This document shows, piece by piece, positions 40,306 to 49,261 of a DNA stretch of 64,000 bases; position 1 is the stretch's first letter; the number at the start of each line of letters is the position of its first letter. The position numbers and the translations under genes are program-made. Source of the DNA: Chloroflexota bacterium (GTDB taxonomy: Bacteria > Chloroflexota > Dehalococcoidia > Lucifugimonadales > JADFKI01); NCBI GenBank assembly GCA_009840355.1, contig VXNZ01000014.1, positions 64,567 to 128,566 on the forward strand, read 5' to 3'. Below the pieces are notes generated by a model, which ran no database searches, was not told the DNA's origin, and was given only the letters and a program-made list of their open reading frames with translations.

Positions 40306-43300
40306 CTACATCGTTAGCTTCTTGTAGAGGTAGAGCAGGCGCGAGGGCAGTTCGTAGATGTCGTCAAGCACTTCGTAGCCCATGTCGGAGCACATCGTCT
40401 TTAGGTAATCGTGCCCGTTCTTGTCCACAGTGAGCGCGAAGGCGTTGATGCCCTTGTTCTTCGCCTCGTCGAGCGCCATCTTCGTGTCGTGGACGGCGTA
40501 CTCCTTCTCCACACCTTCGCGGCTGTATCCCCTGTCCTGCGGCCTGCCGTCGCTGATTAGGAACATCAGCTTTGTACGTGCGTCCTGCTTGTCCAACTTG
40601 TATGTCGTATGGCGAATCGCAGGACCCATGCGCGTGGCATGCAGAGGTGCGATGCGGTCTATGCGCCGCTTCACTCGGTCGGAGAAGTTCTCGTCCAAGT
40701 CCTTGATTGTGTAGAACTCGACATTCTCCCTGCCGTAGCCCGAGAAGCCATATATTCCGTATAGGTCACCGATTGCCTCAAGCGCGTTGATGAGCAGGAC
40801 AATTGCCTCTTTCTCGACATCGATTATGCGCTTGTACGACCGGCGCATAGCCTCACCTCTGCGGGTGCGCAACCAGACCATATACTCAACGGGGTCGTCC
40901 GGCGCGTCCCAGTCGTCCGTGTTCTTGCGCGTGTCGTCGATCGCCTCGGCGGTAGATGCGCTGGTATCCAGCAGGAATGCCACCGCTACATCGCGCTGCA
41001 CTTTGTTGCGCCGCCAGTAGAACTTATCGCTGGGGCTGGCTCCGGTCTTCATGTCCACGAAGGCTTCGATGATGTCGTCTATGTCGATCTCTTCGCCATC
41101 TTCGAGCTTGCGCACCTTGCGGAACATCTCAGGCACCATCATCTCGAATTGCCGGCGAATCTGAGTAACCAGCGTGCCGTAGTTGCCGAGTGTGTTGCCG
41201 TAGTACGACGGGTCACCCTCTTGCATCGTCTTCTGGCGCACGATGCACCAGCGCGGCTTGTAGTCGTCCGCGCGGAAGTCCCACTCGTCGTACACGAATG
41301 TTTGCGGCTCGTTTGCCTCAAGCTCGCCGCCGTCTTCGTCCACATGCACGAGTGGGCCTTGCCCGAACTCAGGCGATTGCGGGGCGTCAACGCCCGCTTC
41401 CTTCATCAGGTTGTTCGCCATCACATTGCTAGACTGCTGTATCTCACCCTGCACCGATTCGAGTTCGAGCTCGGCGCTGTTCTGAAGAAGTTCTTCCAGC
41501 ATTTCCTGTGTGATAGGCTCACCGCTTGCCTGGCCGGGTTCGTCCTGCTGCATACGCAACTGTTCCAAAAGCTGCGTGAGTTCCGGCTTGAAATCGCCTC
41601 GGAAATCCACCTCTTCTGTGGCTTCGTAGTCTTGTTCGCCGTCCGGGCGCATCTGCATTTCCATGCCCTGCGCTATCTGCTGCAGCAACGACTCCATCTC
41701 GTCCGGATCGACGTATTCCTCTTCCATTTCGTCGGTCATGTCCAGATCATCCCAGTCTTCCGGTGGCGCTTCTTCGTTGGGAATCTGCGATATGATCGCG
41801 TAGATTCGCAGCGTTGCTTCGGCAGTGTCCTCGACCTGTGCGTCTGGGTTGACAACCTGGCGCAATATTCGCCCGATTTGCTTCGCCTGCTCCTTGTACT
41901 GCTCCGGCGCGGGCAAGCCTTCGTACTGCTGTAGGCTCAGCCTGACCAAAAACTCGACCATCGCCTGACGCATCGGGAGTTCAGTGATGTTCGGGCGATG
42001 CGGTAGGGAGTCCTTTTGCACTTGAGTGTAAGTGTTCCGTATGCCGCGATACTCGTGCTTGACGCGAGCATCTAGGCGTGCCTCTTCGACGACTGTGTAG
42101 ATGTCGAGCGCCAGTTTGCGGTCATCGAACAAGTCGAAGTAGCGCTGTATGTCGGTAACCCAGGCGCGCCCGGCTTCTTCGGCGTCAGACTCCGGCAGGC
42201 TGTCGCCGCTTTCGCTGGCACCATCGTCGCCGGGATGCGCCGCAGCGAACTTTTGCCGTGCGAATTCCTCTCGCAGGTCGTCGAACATCGTGGATGGCCT
42301 GTCGAAGTCGAACCAGAAGCTGCCGAATTCAAGGCGCGCGACTTGGTGCGTGGACACTACCTTGAACCAGTTGAAGTTCTCGTGCTTGGTCATGTAGCGG
42401 TCAACGAGCCCGGGGACGAAGACCGTCGAGCCTTCCGTCGTCGGCGATTCGCTGGACACCCAGCCTATATTCTTGTCGGCAAGTTCGCCGCTTTCGGACA
42501 TCTTGATTTCCGCGCCCGCGAGACCGCGGCAGTACATCTCCATCACATCCTTGATGCGCTGGAATTCGACGCCGGACGACAGCGTTTCGAGCATCTCTTC
42601 GGAGCGCGCAGACTCTATCTTGAAGTACGCCAAGCCTCCGTCACTGTTCTGCATCAGGATGCTGACGCCCTCTGCGTACCACTTTTCGAGCTGATTCATC
42701 GTCAGCTTGTCCAACGCAACGGGGCATGCCTTCAAGAACTCCGGCACCGCATGCGCCGAGCGCGGCAGCAGCGCTTCTGCCATGCCAAGAATCTGCTCGT
42801 GGTCGTGCGTATCCACTTGCGAAAGTGCGTTGGATGTCTCCAACATTACGCTTGGGATGTTCATGCCGCCGTTCTGCACAAGCTGCTCGGCGAGTTTCAG
42901 GAAGCGCAACCGCTGCGTGCCTTCGATGCGGGGCAATGCGCGCGCGCCGGACTCAAAGAACGCCTTAATCTCGCGCCAACCGGAGTCCGTGAGCACTGTC
43001 GCCATGTTGATGAACGCCGCCTTGTCGTCACCAATCATCGGGAAGAGCTTCTGCCCAAGCGTCAGGCAGTCTGATGACAGGTCATAGGACCTGTGTGACA
43101 GCGCGTCTAGGAAATTGGCGAAGCGCTCCAACTCCGGGAAGCTAAGATCGTCTAGCAGCGCAGGGCTGGATTGGAAGAACTTGCAAGCCAGCGTGCTGGA
43201 CTTCCAAGTGCCCTTATACAGCGTGCGCCCGAGCGTCGCCCAACTTTCGATGTGGCGCGAGCGCAGCTTGCTCATCGTACCCGGGCTTGCCTCAAAGTAT

Positions 43301-43620
43301 GCGGTCGCAAGAGTGGGCGATTCCGCACAGAGTGCCTTGCCGCAGTCCGTCCATTGGAAGAAGTAGTTCAGCGGCATGTAGGCGAGCACCCTAGCGCTCA
43401 CCTTGTAGAACTCGGCGGCGGCTTCCCACGAGCGCACGGTTTCTTGCGCAATTTCAAGGCCTGCGTTCGCCCAATCGTGCCTTTGCGCGTCGGTGAGATT
43501 CGGAGGCATCTGCACCAGCGCCTTGTCGAATTCGTCGACTACGGAAGCGGGAAACTTCCCCAACTCGACTCTGATGTCATCTAGCGTTGCCGACTGATTC
43601 TTCAAGGCATTGCCTCCCAT
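40306..43620 (-). CDS. Large NorD/CbbO-like protein with a C-terminal von Willebrand factor A domain
   Basis: 1104 aa. The last 228 aa or so (about 40309..40992) form a VWA domain with a MIDAS motif (VAVAFLLDTSAS ... FLISDGRPQD). There is a central strongly acidic region (EEAPPEDWDDLDMTDEMEEEYVDPDEME...). The N-terminal 600 aa match nothing I recognise. No SD precedes ATG 43620, so the start is uncertain. Confidence 0.75.
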   Translation of the reverse strand: MGGNALKNQSATLDDIRVELGKFPASVVDEFDKALVQMPPNLTDAQRHDWANAGLEIAQETVRSWEAAAEFYKVSARVLAYMPLNYFFQWTDCGKALCAESPTLATAYFEASPGTMSKLRSRHIESWATLGRTLYKGTWKSSTLACKFFQSSPALLDDLSFPELERFANFLDALSHRSYDLSSDCLTLGQKLFPMIGDDKAAFINMATVLTDSGWREIKAFFESGARALPRIEGTQRLRFLKLAEQLVQNGGMNIPSVMLETSNALSQVDTHDHEQILGMAEALLPRSAHAVPEFLKACPVALDKLTMNQLEKWYAEGVSILMQNSDGGLAYFKIESARSEEMLETLSSGVEFQRIKDVMEMYCRGLAGAEIKMSESGELADKNIGWVSSESPTTEGSTVFVPGLVDRYMTKHENFNWFKVVSTHQVARLEFGSFWFDFDRPSTMFDDLREEFARQKFAAAHPGDDGASESGDSLPESDAEEAGRAWVTDIQRYFDLFDDRKLALDIYTVVEEARLDARVKHEYRGIRNTYTQVQKDSLPHRPNITELPMRQAMVEFLVRLSLQQYEGLPAPEQYKEQAKQIGRILRQVVNPDAQVEDTAEATLRIYAIISQIPNEEAPPEDWDDLDMTDEMEEEYVDPDEMESLLQQIAQGMEMQMRPDGEQDYEATEEVDFRGDFKPELTQLLEQLRMQQDEPGQASGEPITQEMLEELLQNSAELELESVQGEIQQSSNVMANNLMKEAGVDAPQSPEFGQGPLVHVDEDGGELEANEPQTFVYDEWDFRADDYKPRWCIVRQKTMQEGDPSYYGNTLGNYGTLVTQIRRQFEMMVPEMFRKVRKLEDGEEIDIDDIIEAFVDMKTGASPSDKFYWRRNKVQRDVAVAFLLDTSASTAEAIDDTRKNTDDWDAPDDPVEYMVWLRTRRGEAMRRSYKRIIDVEKEAIVLLINALEAIGDLYGIYGFSGYGRENVEFYTIKDLDENFSDRVKRRIDRIAPLHATRMGPAIRHTTYKLDKQDARTKLMFLISDGRPQDRGYSREGVEKEYAVHDTKMALDEAKNKGINAFALTVDKNGHDYLKTMCSDMGYEVLDDIYELPSRLLYLYKKLTM

Positions 43621-44267
43621 GTAGAGGATTGGAGCATTTCGATAAAGCGGTCTATAATGCGCGCGGTGGCGCCGAAGATTATGTGTCCATCATACGCAAA
43701 GACGGGCGCGCATAGTAAGTCGCCGTTGACCACGCGCGTCTCGCCGCGCCAGTTCTCGGAGTCCATCAGTGAGGATACAGGCACTTCCAGCACTTCCGCA
43801 ACCTCTTGTTCGCTTGGATCGAAGTCGTAGGGATACGGTATCGTGCCTGCGAACGGGTATGTCAGGTAGCCCGTCGTGGTGGCGGTATGGTCAAGCGCGC
43901 CGAAAACGCGAATATCCTGCGGGTCGATGCCCATCTCTTCGTGCGTCTCGCGGATGGCAGTGGCGAGCATAGACACGTCCTCAGGATCGCGCTTGCCGCC
44001 GGGAAACGAAATCTCGCCCTTGTGGCTGTCAACCCTGCTTGAACGCTTTTGCAATAGGATGCAATGCTCGCTATCCTTGCGAAAAACGAGCAGCATCACG
44101 CCAGCAGGCGTGAGCGCCGGGTCATCGACTTGCCTGTGCGGAGTCTCAGCGATAACCTGCTCGATGTAATCTATGAAAGTGTCGCACTGTTTGTCGCCCA
44201 TAGGGGCATCTGCGCTTTCGCTGCTACCTGTTTCTGTGCTGCGGGTTCGTGCCGGTGGCAATTTCAA
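43602..44267 (-). CDS. NUDIX hydrolase, CoA pyrophosphatase-like (NudL/Nudt7 type)
   Basis: 221 aa. Nudix box GGKRDPEDVSMLATAIRETHEEMGI preceded by the CoA-type motif ILLQKRSSRVDSHKGEISFPGG. Overlaps the downstream VWA gene by 19 nt. Confidence 0.75.
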   Translation of the reverse strand: MKLPPARTRSTETGSSESADAPMGDKQCDTFIDYIEQVIAETPHRQVDDPALTPAGVMLLVFRKDSEHCILLQKRSSRVDSHKGEISFPGGKRDPEDVSMLATAIRETHEEMGIDPQDIRVFGALDHTATTTGYLTYPFAGTIPYPYDFDPSEQEVAEVLEVPVSSLMDSENWRGETRVVNGDLLCAPVFAYDGHIIFGATARIIDRFIEMLQSSTWEAMP

Positions 44268-44315
44268 CTGCGAAGAGCCTGTGGCGAGGCACTTCTTGGG
44301 ATTCTTGCAATGAGA

Positions 44316-44783
44316 TTACTCGCTGTCGTAGGCGTCCCGCAGTGTCTGGATATCTATCTTCTGCATGCGAAGCAGCGCTTCCATGACTGCTCCTGATTTG
44401 TCCGGGTCCCCGAGCAATTCCGGCACCGCGCTGGGAACTATCTGCCAAGACACGCCGAACTTGTCGCGCAACCAGCCACACATGTCGTGCTCGCCGCCTT
44501 CGCCTAGCCGTTCCCAGAAGTGGTCCACTTCGTCTTGCGTATCGCAATTTACCACAAAGGATATCGCCGCCGAGAACTGAAACATAGGTCCGCCGTCCAA
44601 TGCCGTGAATCGCTGCCCGTCCAGCTCGAATGACACGATGCTGGCACTTTCTGCCGGACCGCCGCTGAGCTTGTGCGCGTCCACGATTCTAGCATTTTCG
44701 AAGATGGACACATAGAACTCGGCGGCTTCCATTGCGCGGCCGTCGTACCACAGGAACGGCGTTATCTTCTGAATCTGTGCCAT
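44316..44783 (-). CDS. VOC/glyoxalase-fold protein (PhnB/YjdN-like)
   Basis: 155 aa: MAQIQKITPFLWYDGRAMEAAEFYVSIF...CDTQDEVDHFWERL...CGWLRDKFGVSWQIVP, characteristic of this family. Confidence 0.75.
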   Translation of the reverse strand: MAQIQKITPFLWYDGRAMEAAEFYVSIFENARIVDAHKLSGGPAESASIVSFELDGQRFTALDGGPMFQFSAAISFVVNCDTQDEVDHFWERLGEGGEHDMCGWLRDKFGVSWQIVPSAVPELLGDPDKSGAVMEALLRMQKIDIQTLRDAYDSE

Positions 44784-44797
44784 GGCCGCACTGCGTT

Positions 44798-45709
44798 CTA
44801 CTCGAAGATTGACGCGATAATCTCTTCGATGCTCCGCTGCACTGCCTCATCGTCGGTAACCGCCCAGTTGACCGCGACTTGGCACGCGCGGCGTGGCGAA
44901 ATACCCTGTGCCATCAGCTTGCCGGCGTAGATGAGCAGCCGCGTGCTTGCGCCTTCGCCGAGACCGTGTTCGCGCAAGTTACGCACCTTCTCGCCGAGCT
45001 TTGCCAATTGCAGCGAGTCGTCCACATTAGCACCTGATTCATGCTGGATGATTTCCGCTTCGATGTCGCGCGGCGGATAATCGAACTCGATGGAGACGAA
45101 GCGCTGGCGTGTGCTGTGCTTCAGGTCCTTCAGCGCGCTCTGATAGCCGGGGTTGTACGACAAAATCAGCAGGAAGCCGTCCGCCGCCTCAAGTAGTTCA
45201 CCGCGCTTCTCGACCGGCAAAATGCGCCGGTGGTCGGTAAGGGGGTGGATGAGAACGGTAGTGTCCTTGCGCGCCTCAACAATCTCGTCAAGGTAACAGA
45301 TGCCGCCAGCTTTGACCGCGCGGGTTAGCGGCCCATCTATCCACACCGTCGAATCGCCTTCCAGCAGGTAGCGCCCCACTAGGTCGCTTGCGGTCAGGTC
45401 TTCGTGGCAGGCGATGGTTACCAGCGGAATGTTGTCGCCTTCCGGGCGTTCGACGCCGCGGCTGTCCGCCTGCTTGATGCTCGTAAGCGGCTGCCCGAGC
45501 CTATACGACATATACTCCACGAAGCGCGTCTTGCCGCATCCGGTGGGTCCTTTGAATATGAGAGGAATGCGCTGCTGATACGCCGCCTCGAACAGCTCTA
45601 CCTCGTCGCCGACCGCGACATAGTAGGGTTCTTCGGTGAGGTGATATTCCTCGATGATGTAGCTTCGGTAGAGCGTGGTCGTTGATTGCGTCATCTTGTA
45701 AGTCTGCAC
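44798..45709 (-). CDS. MoxR-class AAA+ ATPase, CbbQ/NorQ/NirQ-like
   Basis: 303 aa. Walker [11 protein letters not shown], Walker [12 protein letters not shown]. Family-typical C-terminus ([22 protein letters not shown]). Confidence 0.82.
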   Translation of the reverse strand: MQTYKMTQSTTTLYRSYIIEEYHLTEEPYYVAVGDEVELFEAAYQQRIPLIFKGPTGCGKTRFVEYMSYRLGQPLTSIKQADSRGVERPEGDNIPLVTIACHEDLTASDLVGRYLLEGDSTVWIDGPLTRAVKAGGICYLDEIVEARKDTTVLIHPLTDHRRILPVEKRGELLEAADGFLLILSYNPGYQSALKDLKHSTRQRFVSIEFDYPPRDIEAEIIQHESGANVDDSLQLAKLGEKVRNLREHGLGEGASTRLLIYAGKLMAQGISPRRACQVAVNWAVTDDEAVQRSIEEIIASIFE

Positions 45710-45712
45710 TCC

Positions 45713-46309
45713 TTAACGGGCTAGAACCCTGCTGGTCCACAAGTCTTGAATCGTTGCCGATAGTTCTTCCGGTGTCGTACTGTTTTCGATCACCACATCC
45801 GCGTGTTCCACTCGTTCAGCCTGCGGCATCTGCGAATCGATGCGGGAGCGGGCGGTGGTTTCGTCCATGTTGCGCCGCCGCAGCCGTGCGATGACATCCG
45901 CTTCCGGTGAAACCGTAACCCAGACCTCATTGACCAGCGGCGTCCAATTCGCTTCAATTAGCAATGCGGCTTCGAGCACGGCATTCGTAGTGCCCTGCTC
46001 TGCCAGCGAGTTCAGTCGCTGCTCCGCGAGCGCGTATATGCGGGGATGCATTATGGCGTTGAGCTGCTGCAGCGCATTAGGGTCGCTGAACACGATGCCG
46101 CCGAGCGCGCGCCGGTCAATCGCGCCGTCGTCAGCGACTATACCATCGCCGAATGCGTCAACAACCGCACGCCAGCCCTCGGACTGAGGCTCGTAAACCT
46201 CGTGTCCGAGCAAATCAGCGTTCACGATGGCAGCGCCCAAGTCTTCCAACAAGCGCGATACGTGCGTCTTACCGGTGCCAATTCCGCCTGTTAAACCTAT
46301 TACGAACAT
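45713..46309 (-). CDS. coaE: Dephospho-CoA kinase
   Basis: From ATG 46309 the protein starts MFVIGLTGGIGTGKTHVSRLLEDLGAAIVNAD (P-loop). Its stop lies 3 nt before the CbbQ-like start. Confidence 0.88.
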   Translation of the reverse strand: MFVIGLTGGIGTGKTHVSRLLEDLGAAIVNADLLGHEVYEPQSEGWRAVVDAFGDGIVADDGAIDRRALGGIVFSDPNALQQLNAIMHPRIYALAEQRLNSLAEQGTTNAVLEAALLIEANWTPLVNEVWVTVSPEADVIARLRRRNMDETTARSRIDSQMPQAERVEHADVVIENSTTPEELSATIQDLWTSRVLAR

Positions 46310-46518
46310 GGACCCTCTGATGTAGAGAAAATCATCACATTCTGAACATTCTAACAATCGCCCTATGGTAGGGTCAACAACGCGTAAATTTACCACTATT
46401 CAGGTGCAATAGCGAAACTGACGCAGATGGACAGGATAATTGGAATTAAACGACACACTTTGCCTGTAAGCAATGCGAGTTACCTATCGCTTATAATTGT
46501 GCGTGGGAGAATTGTAAT

Positions 46519-47889
46519 ATGACTTCAGCGTACAGATTATTACCGAGCGTGGAACGGATATTGTCGGACGAGCGCATCTCGGCGTTAGTGGATAAGCACT
46601 CGCGGCTGGCGATAACGGAAATCGTCAGGCAGCGACTCGCGGGCGCGCGCGGCGAAATCGCCGCAGGTGGCGATGCACCGCAGCTGCACGAGATTATTGC
46701 CGATGTCGCGGCGCGCGCAGAAGTGATGGCGCTACCATGGCCCCGCCATGTGATAAACGCGACGGGCGTTGTATTGCACACGAACCTTGGCCGCGCGCCG
46801 CTGAGCGACGACGCGAAGAACGCGACGCTGCGGGCAGCGCAGGGTTACAGCGACCTCGAATTGGACTTGGACACCGGACGGCGCGGCTCTCGGCAGGCGC
46901 ACATCTCGAAATTGGTCGCGCGTGTAACGGGCGCAGAGGCGGCGCTAGTCGTAAACAACAACGCTTCCGCCGTGATGCTCGGTCTCGCGGCGATTGCAAA
47001 TGGCAAGGAAGTCATCGTGTCTCGTGGCGAAGCGGTTGAGATTGGCGGCGGCTTCCGCATTCCGGATGTGTTGCGTCAGAGCGGCGCGACTCTGGTCGAA
47101 GTCGGCACGACCAATCGCACATACGCCAGCGACTACGAAGCTGCCATCACGGAACGTACGGGCGCGCTGCTGGCAGTGCACGCCAGCAATTTCCGAGTGA
47201 TGGGATTTACGCACGCGCCGGAAATCCGAGATCTTGTTGAAATCAGCGCGCGGTGCGGCGTGCCGGTGCTGCACGACCTGGGCAGCGGATGCCTGCTAGA
47301 TTCCGCGCAGTTTGGCATGATGCACGAACCCATGCCGCAGGAAAGCGTCAACGCGGGCGTAGGTCTGTCGTTCTTTTCAGGAGACAAGCTGCTAGGCGGT
47401 CCGCAAGCAGGCATAATCGCCGGCACGAACAATCTGGTCGATTTGGTTGCGCGGCATCCGTTGGCTAGGGCAATGCGTATCGACAAGCTGAGCATGGCAG
47501 CACTCGCCGCGACGATTGAACACTACCTACGCGGTGAAGCACTGGACAAGATACCAATCTGGCGGATGATTGCAATGCCACCCGATGTGGTCAAGCGGCG
47601 CGTCATGTACTGGGCGGATAATATAGGCTCGCACGCATCCGCGGCATCATCAAGATCCACGATTGGCGGTGGAAGTCTGCCGGGCGAGACGCTTCCCACA
47701 TGGGTGCTTTCGATAGACTGCGATCGTGTTGAGGGCGGCGCGGAGGCTGTTGCAAAGCACCTGCGGGACGCAGATTCCCCCGTTCTAGGGCGCATCGAAG
47801 AGGGGCGAGTTCTGCTTGATGCCCGCACTGTGCTGCCTGAGGAAGAAAACGCGCTGCTGGCAACTGTACAGACTGCATTACAAGCCTAA
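46519..47889 (+). CDS. selA: L-seryl-tRNA(Sec) selenium transferase
   Basis: 456 aa. N-terminus LLPSVERIL...; NATGVVLHTNLGRAPLS; PLP-lysine motif FSGDKLLGGPQAGII. TATAAT at 46492..46497 and GGGAGA 8 nt before the ATG. Confidence 0.92.
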   Translation: MTSAYRLLPSVERILSDERISALVDKHSRLAITEIVRQRLAGARGEIAAGGDAPQLHEIIADVAARAEVMALPWPRHVINATGVVLHTNLGRAPLSDDAKNATLRAAQGYSDLELDLDTGRRGSRQAHISKLVARVTGAEAALVVNNNASAVMLGLAAIANGKEVIVSRGEAVEIGGGFRIPDVLRQSGATLVEVGTTNRTYASDYEAAITERTGALLAVHASNFRVMGFTHAPEIRDLVEISARCGVPVLHDLGSGCLLDSAQFGMMHEPMPQESVNAGVGLSFFSGDKLLGGPQAGIIAGTNNLVDLVARHPLARAMRIDKLSMAALAATIEHYLRGEALDKIPIWRMIAMPPDVVKRRVMYWADNIGSHASAASSRSTIGGGSLPGETLPTWVLSIDCDRVEGGAEAVAKHLRDADSPVLGRIEEGRVLLDARTVLPEEENALLATVQTALQA

Positions 47890-47909
47890 CACTGGCACAG
47901 AGGATACTG

Positions 47910-49238
47910 ATGACACTCTTCGAGCATCGTTCACGGCAGGAACTCGGCAGCCGAGCGCCGCTTGCCGCGAGGATGCGCCCGCGCACTTTCGATGAATATG
48001 TCGGGCAAGAGCACATCATCGGGCGTGGAACCGCGCTGCGTAACAGCATCCAAGCCGACACGCTGCCGTCCATCATCCTTTGGGGACCGCCGGGCACCGG
48101 CAAGACTACACTCGCGAATCTCATCGCAAATGTAACGGGCAGCCACTTCGAACAAGTCAGCGGTGTGGCGTCCGGCGTGGCGGACTTGCGGCGTATCGCA
48201 GGCGAAGCGCGTGAACGGCTGGGCATGGGAGGGCAGTCCACGATACTATTCGTCGATGAGATACACCGCTTCAACAAAGCGCAGCAGGACGTCATCCTGC
48301 CGTATGTCGAAGACGGCACGCTGACGCTCATTGGCGCGACCACCGAGAACCCGTCGTTCGAGGTCGTATCACCCCTGCTATCCCGCGCAAGGGTGTTCGC
48401 ATTAGAATCGCTGAGCGATGAACATGTGCGCCGCATCGTGCAATCTGCGGCGGCAGACGACGAACGCGGTCTCGCAGATTTGCGGCCGCACATCCCTGAT
48501 ACTGCCATAGACGCGCTGGTAAACCTCGCCAACGGGGACGCCCGCACCGCGCTCAACGCACTGGAACTGGCGGTCAGCGCAACCTCGCCTGACGAAGACG
48601 GCACACGGCACATCACCGTCGAAGTCGTGGAGGACGCTATGCAGCGCCGCTCGCTGCGCCACGACAAGGCGGGCGACTTGCACTACGATACAATCTCGGC
48701 GTTCATCAAGTCCGTGCGCGCGTCCGACCCGGATGCGGCGATCTACTGGCTTGCGCGTATGTTGGAAGCGGGCGAAGATCCGCTGTTCATCGCGCGGCGT
48801 CTAGTCGTTCTAGCATCTGAGGACATTGGCATGGCGGCGCCTCAAGCGCTCACGGTCGCGGTCGCCACGCAGCAAGCCGTGCACTTCATCGGGCTGCCGG
48901 AAGGCAGAATTCCACTCGCTGAGGCGACGGTATATTTGGCAACCGCGCCGAAGAGCAACGCGTCGTATATGGCGCTTAACAAGGCGATGGAAGATGTGCA
49001 GCGCACGCGCAACGAACCCGTACCGCTGCACTTGCGCGACGCCGTTACCGGCCTGATGCGCGATATGGGCTACGGAGACGGCTACAAGTACGCGCACGAC
49101 TACGAAGGCAATTTTACGCCGACGCAGAACCTGCCGGACAGTTTGAAAAACCGGCGCTACTATCAGCCCGGCACGCAAGGCTACGAACGCACTGTCCGCG
49201 AGCGCATGGAACGCTGGTGGAGCGACAGCCGGAAATAA
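47910..49238 (+). CDS. rarA: Replication-associated recombination protein A (AAA+)
   Basis: 442 aa. LAARMRPRTFDEYVGQEH, Walker A GPPGTGKTT, Walker B LFVDEIHRFNK, C-terminal MgsA domain (YWLARMLEAGEDP). Confidence 0.92.
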   Translation: MTLFEHRSRQELGSRAPLAARMRPRTFDEYVGQEHIIGRGTALRNSIQADTLPSIILWGPPGTGKTTLANLIANVTGSHFEQVSGVASGVADLRRIAGEARERLGMGGQSTILFVDEIHRFNKAQQDVILPYVEDGTLTLIGATTENPSFEVVSPLLSRARVFALESLSDEHVRRIVQSAAADDERGLADLRPHIPDTAIDALVNLANGDARTALNALELAVSATSPDEDGTRHITVEVVEDAMQRRSLRHDKAGDLHYDTISAFIKSVRASDPDAAIYWLARMLEAGEDPLFIARRLVVLASEDIGMAAPQALTVAVATQQAVHFIGLPEGRIPLAEATVYLATAPKSNASYMALNKAMEDVQRTRNEPVPLHLRDAVTGLMRDMGYGDGYKYAHDYEGNFTPTQNLPDSLKNRRYYQPGTQGYERTVRERMERWWSDSRK

Positions 49239-49261
49239 GCGGCACTATTGGAAATCACCGA

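Noticed and set aside
44798-45709. Calling the AAA+/VWA pair a Rubisco activase (CbbQ/CbbO) or NO-reductase maturation system (NorQ/NorD).
   Set aside because: No Rubisco, nor or haem-copper oxidase genes are present in the window, and subfamily assignment needs a phylogeny. Only the generic family call is supported.
47603-48667. 354-aa minus-strand ORF spanning the selA/rarA junction. Similar long antisense ORFs occur at 52056..53024, 10457..11374, 2080..2931, 38671..39549, 59138..59974, 42235..43074, 41149..41934, 57187..57990, 61847..62662, 20448..21200 and 27929..28654.
   Set aside because: Each lies opposite a gene with clear family motifs. Each has Arg/Ser/Ala/Pro-rich, low-complexity composition typical of shadow frames in high-GC DNA, and none shows a recognisable motif. 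The ORF at 47603..48667 even crosses an intergenic boundary of the sense genes.
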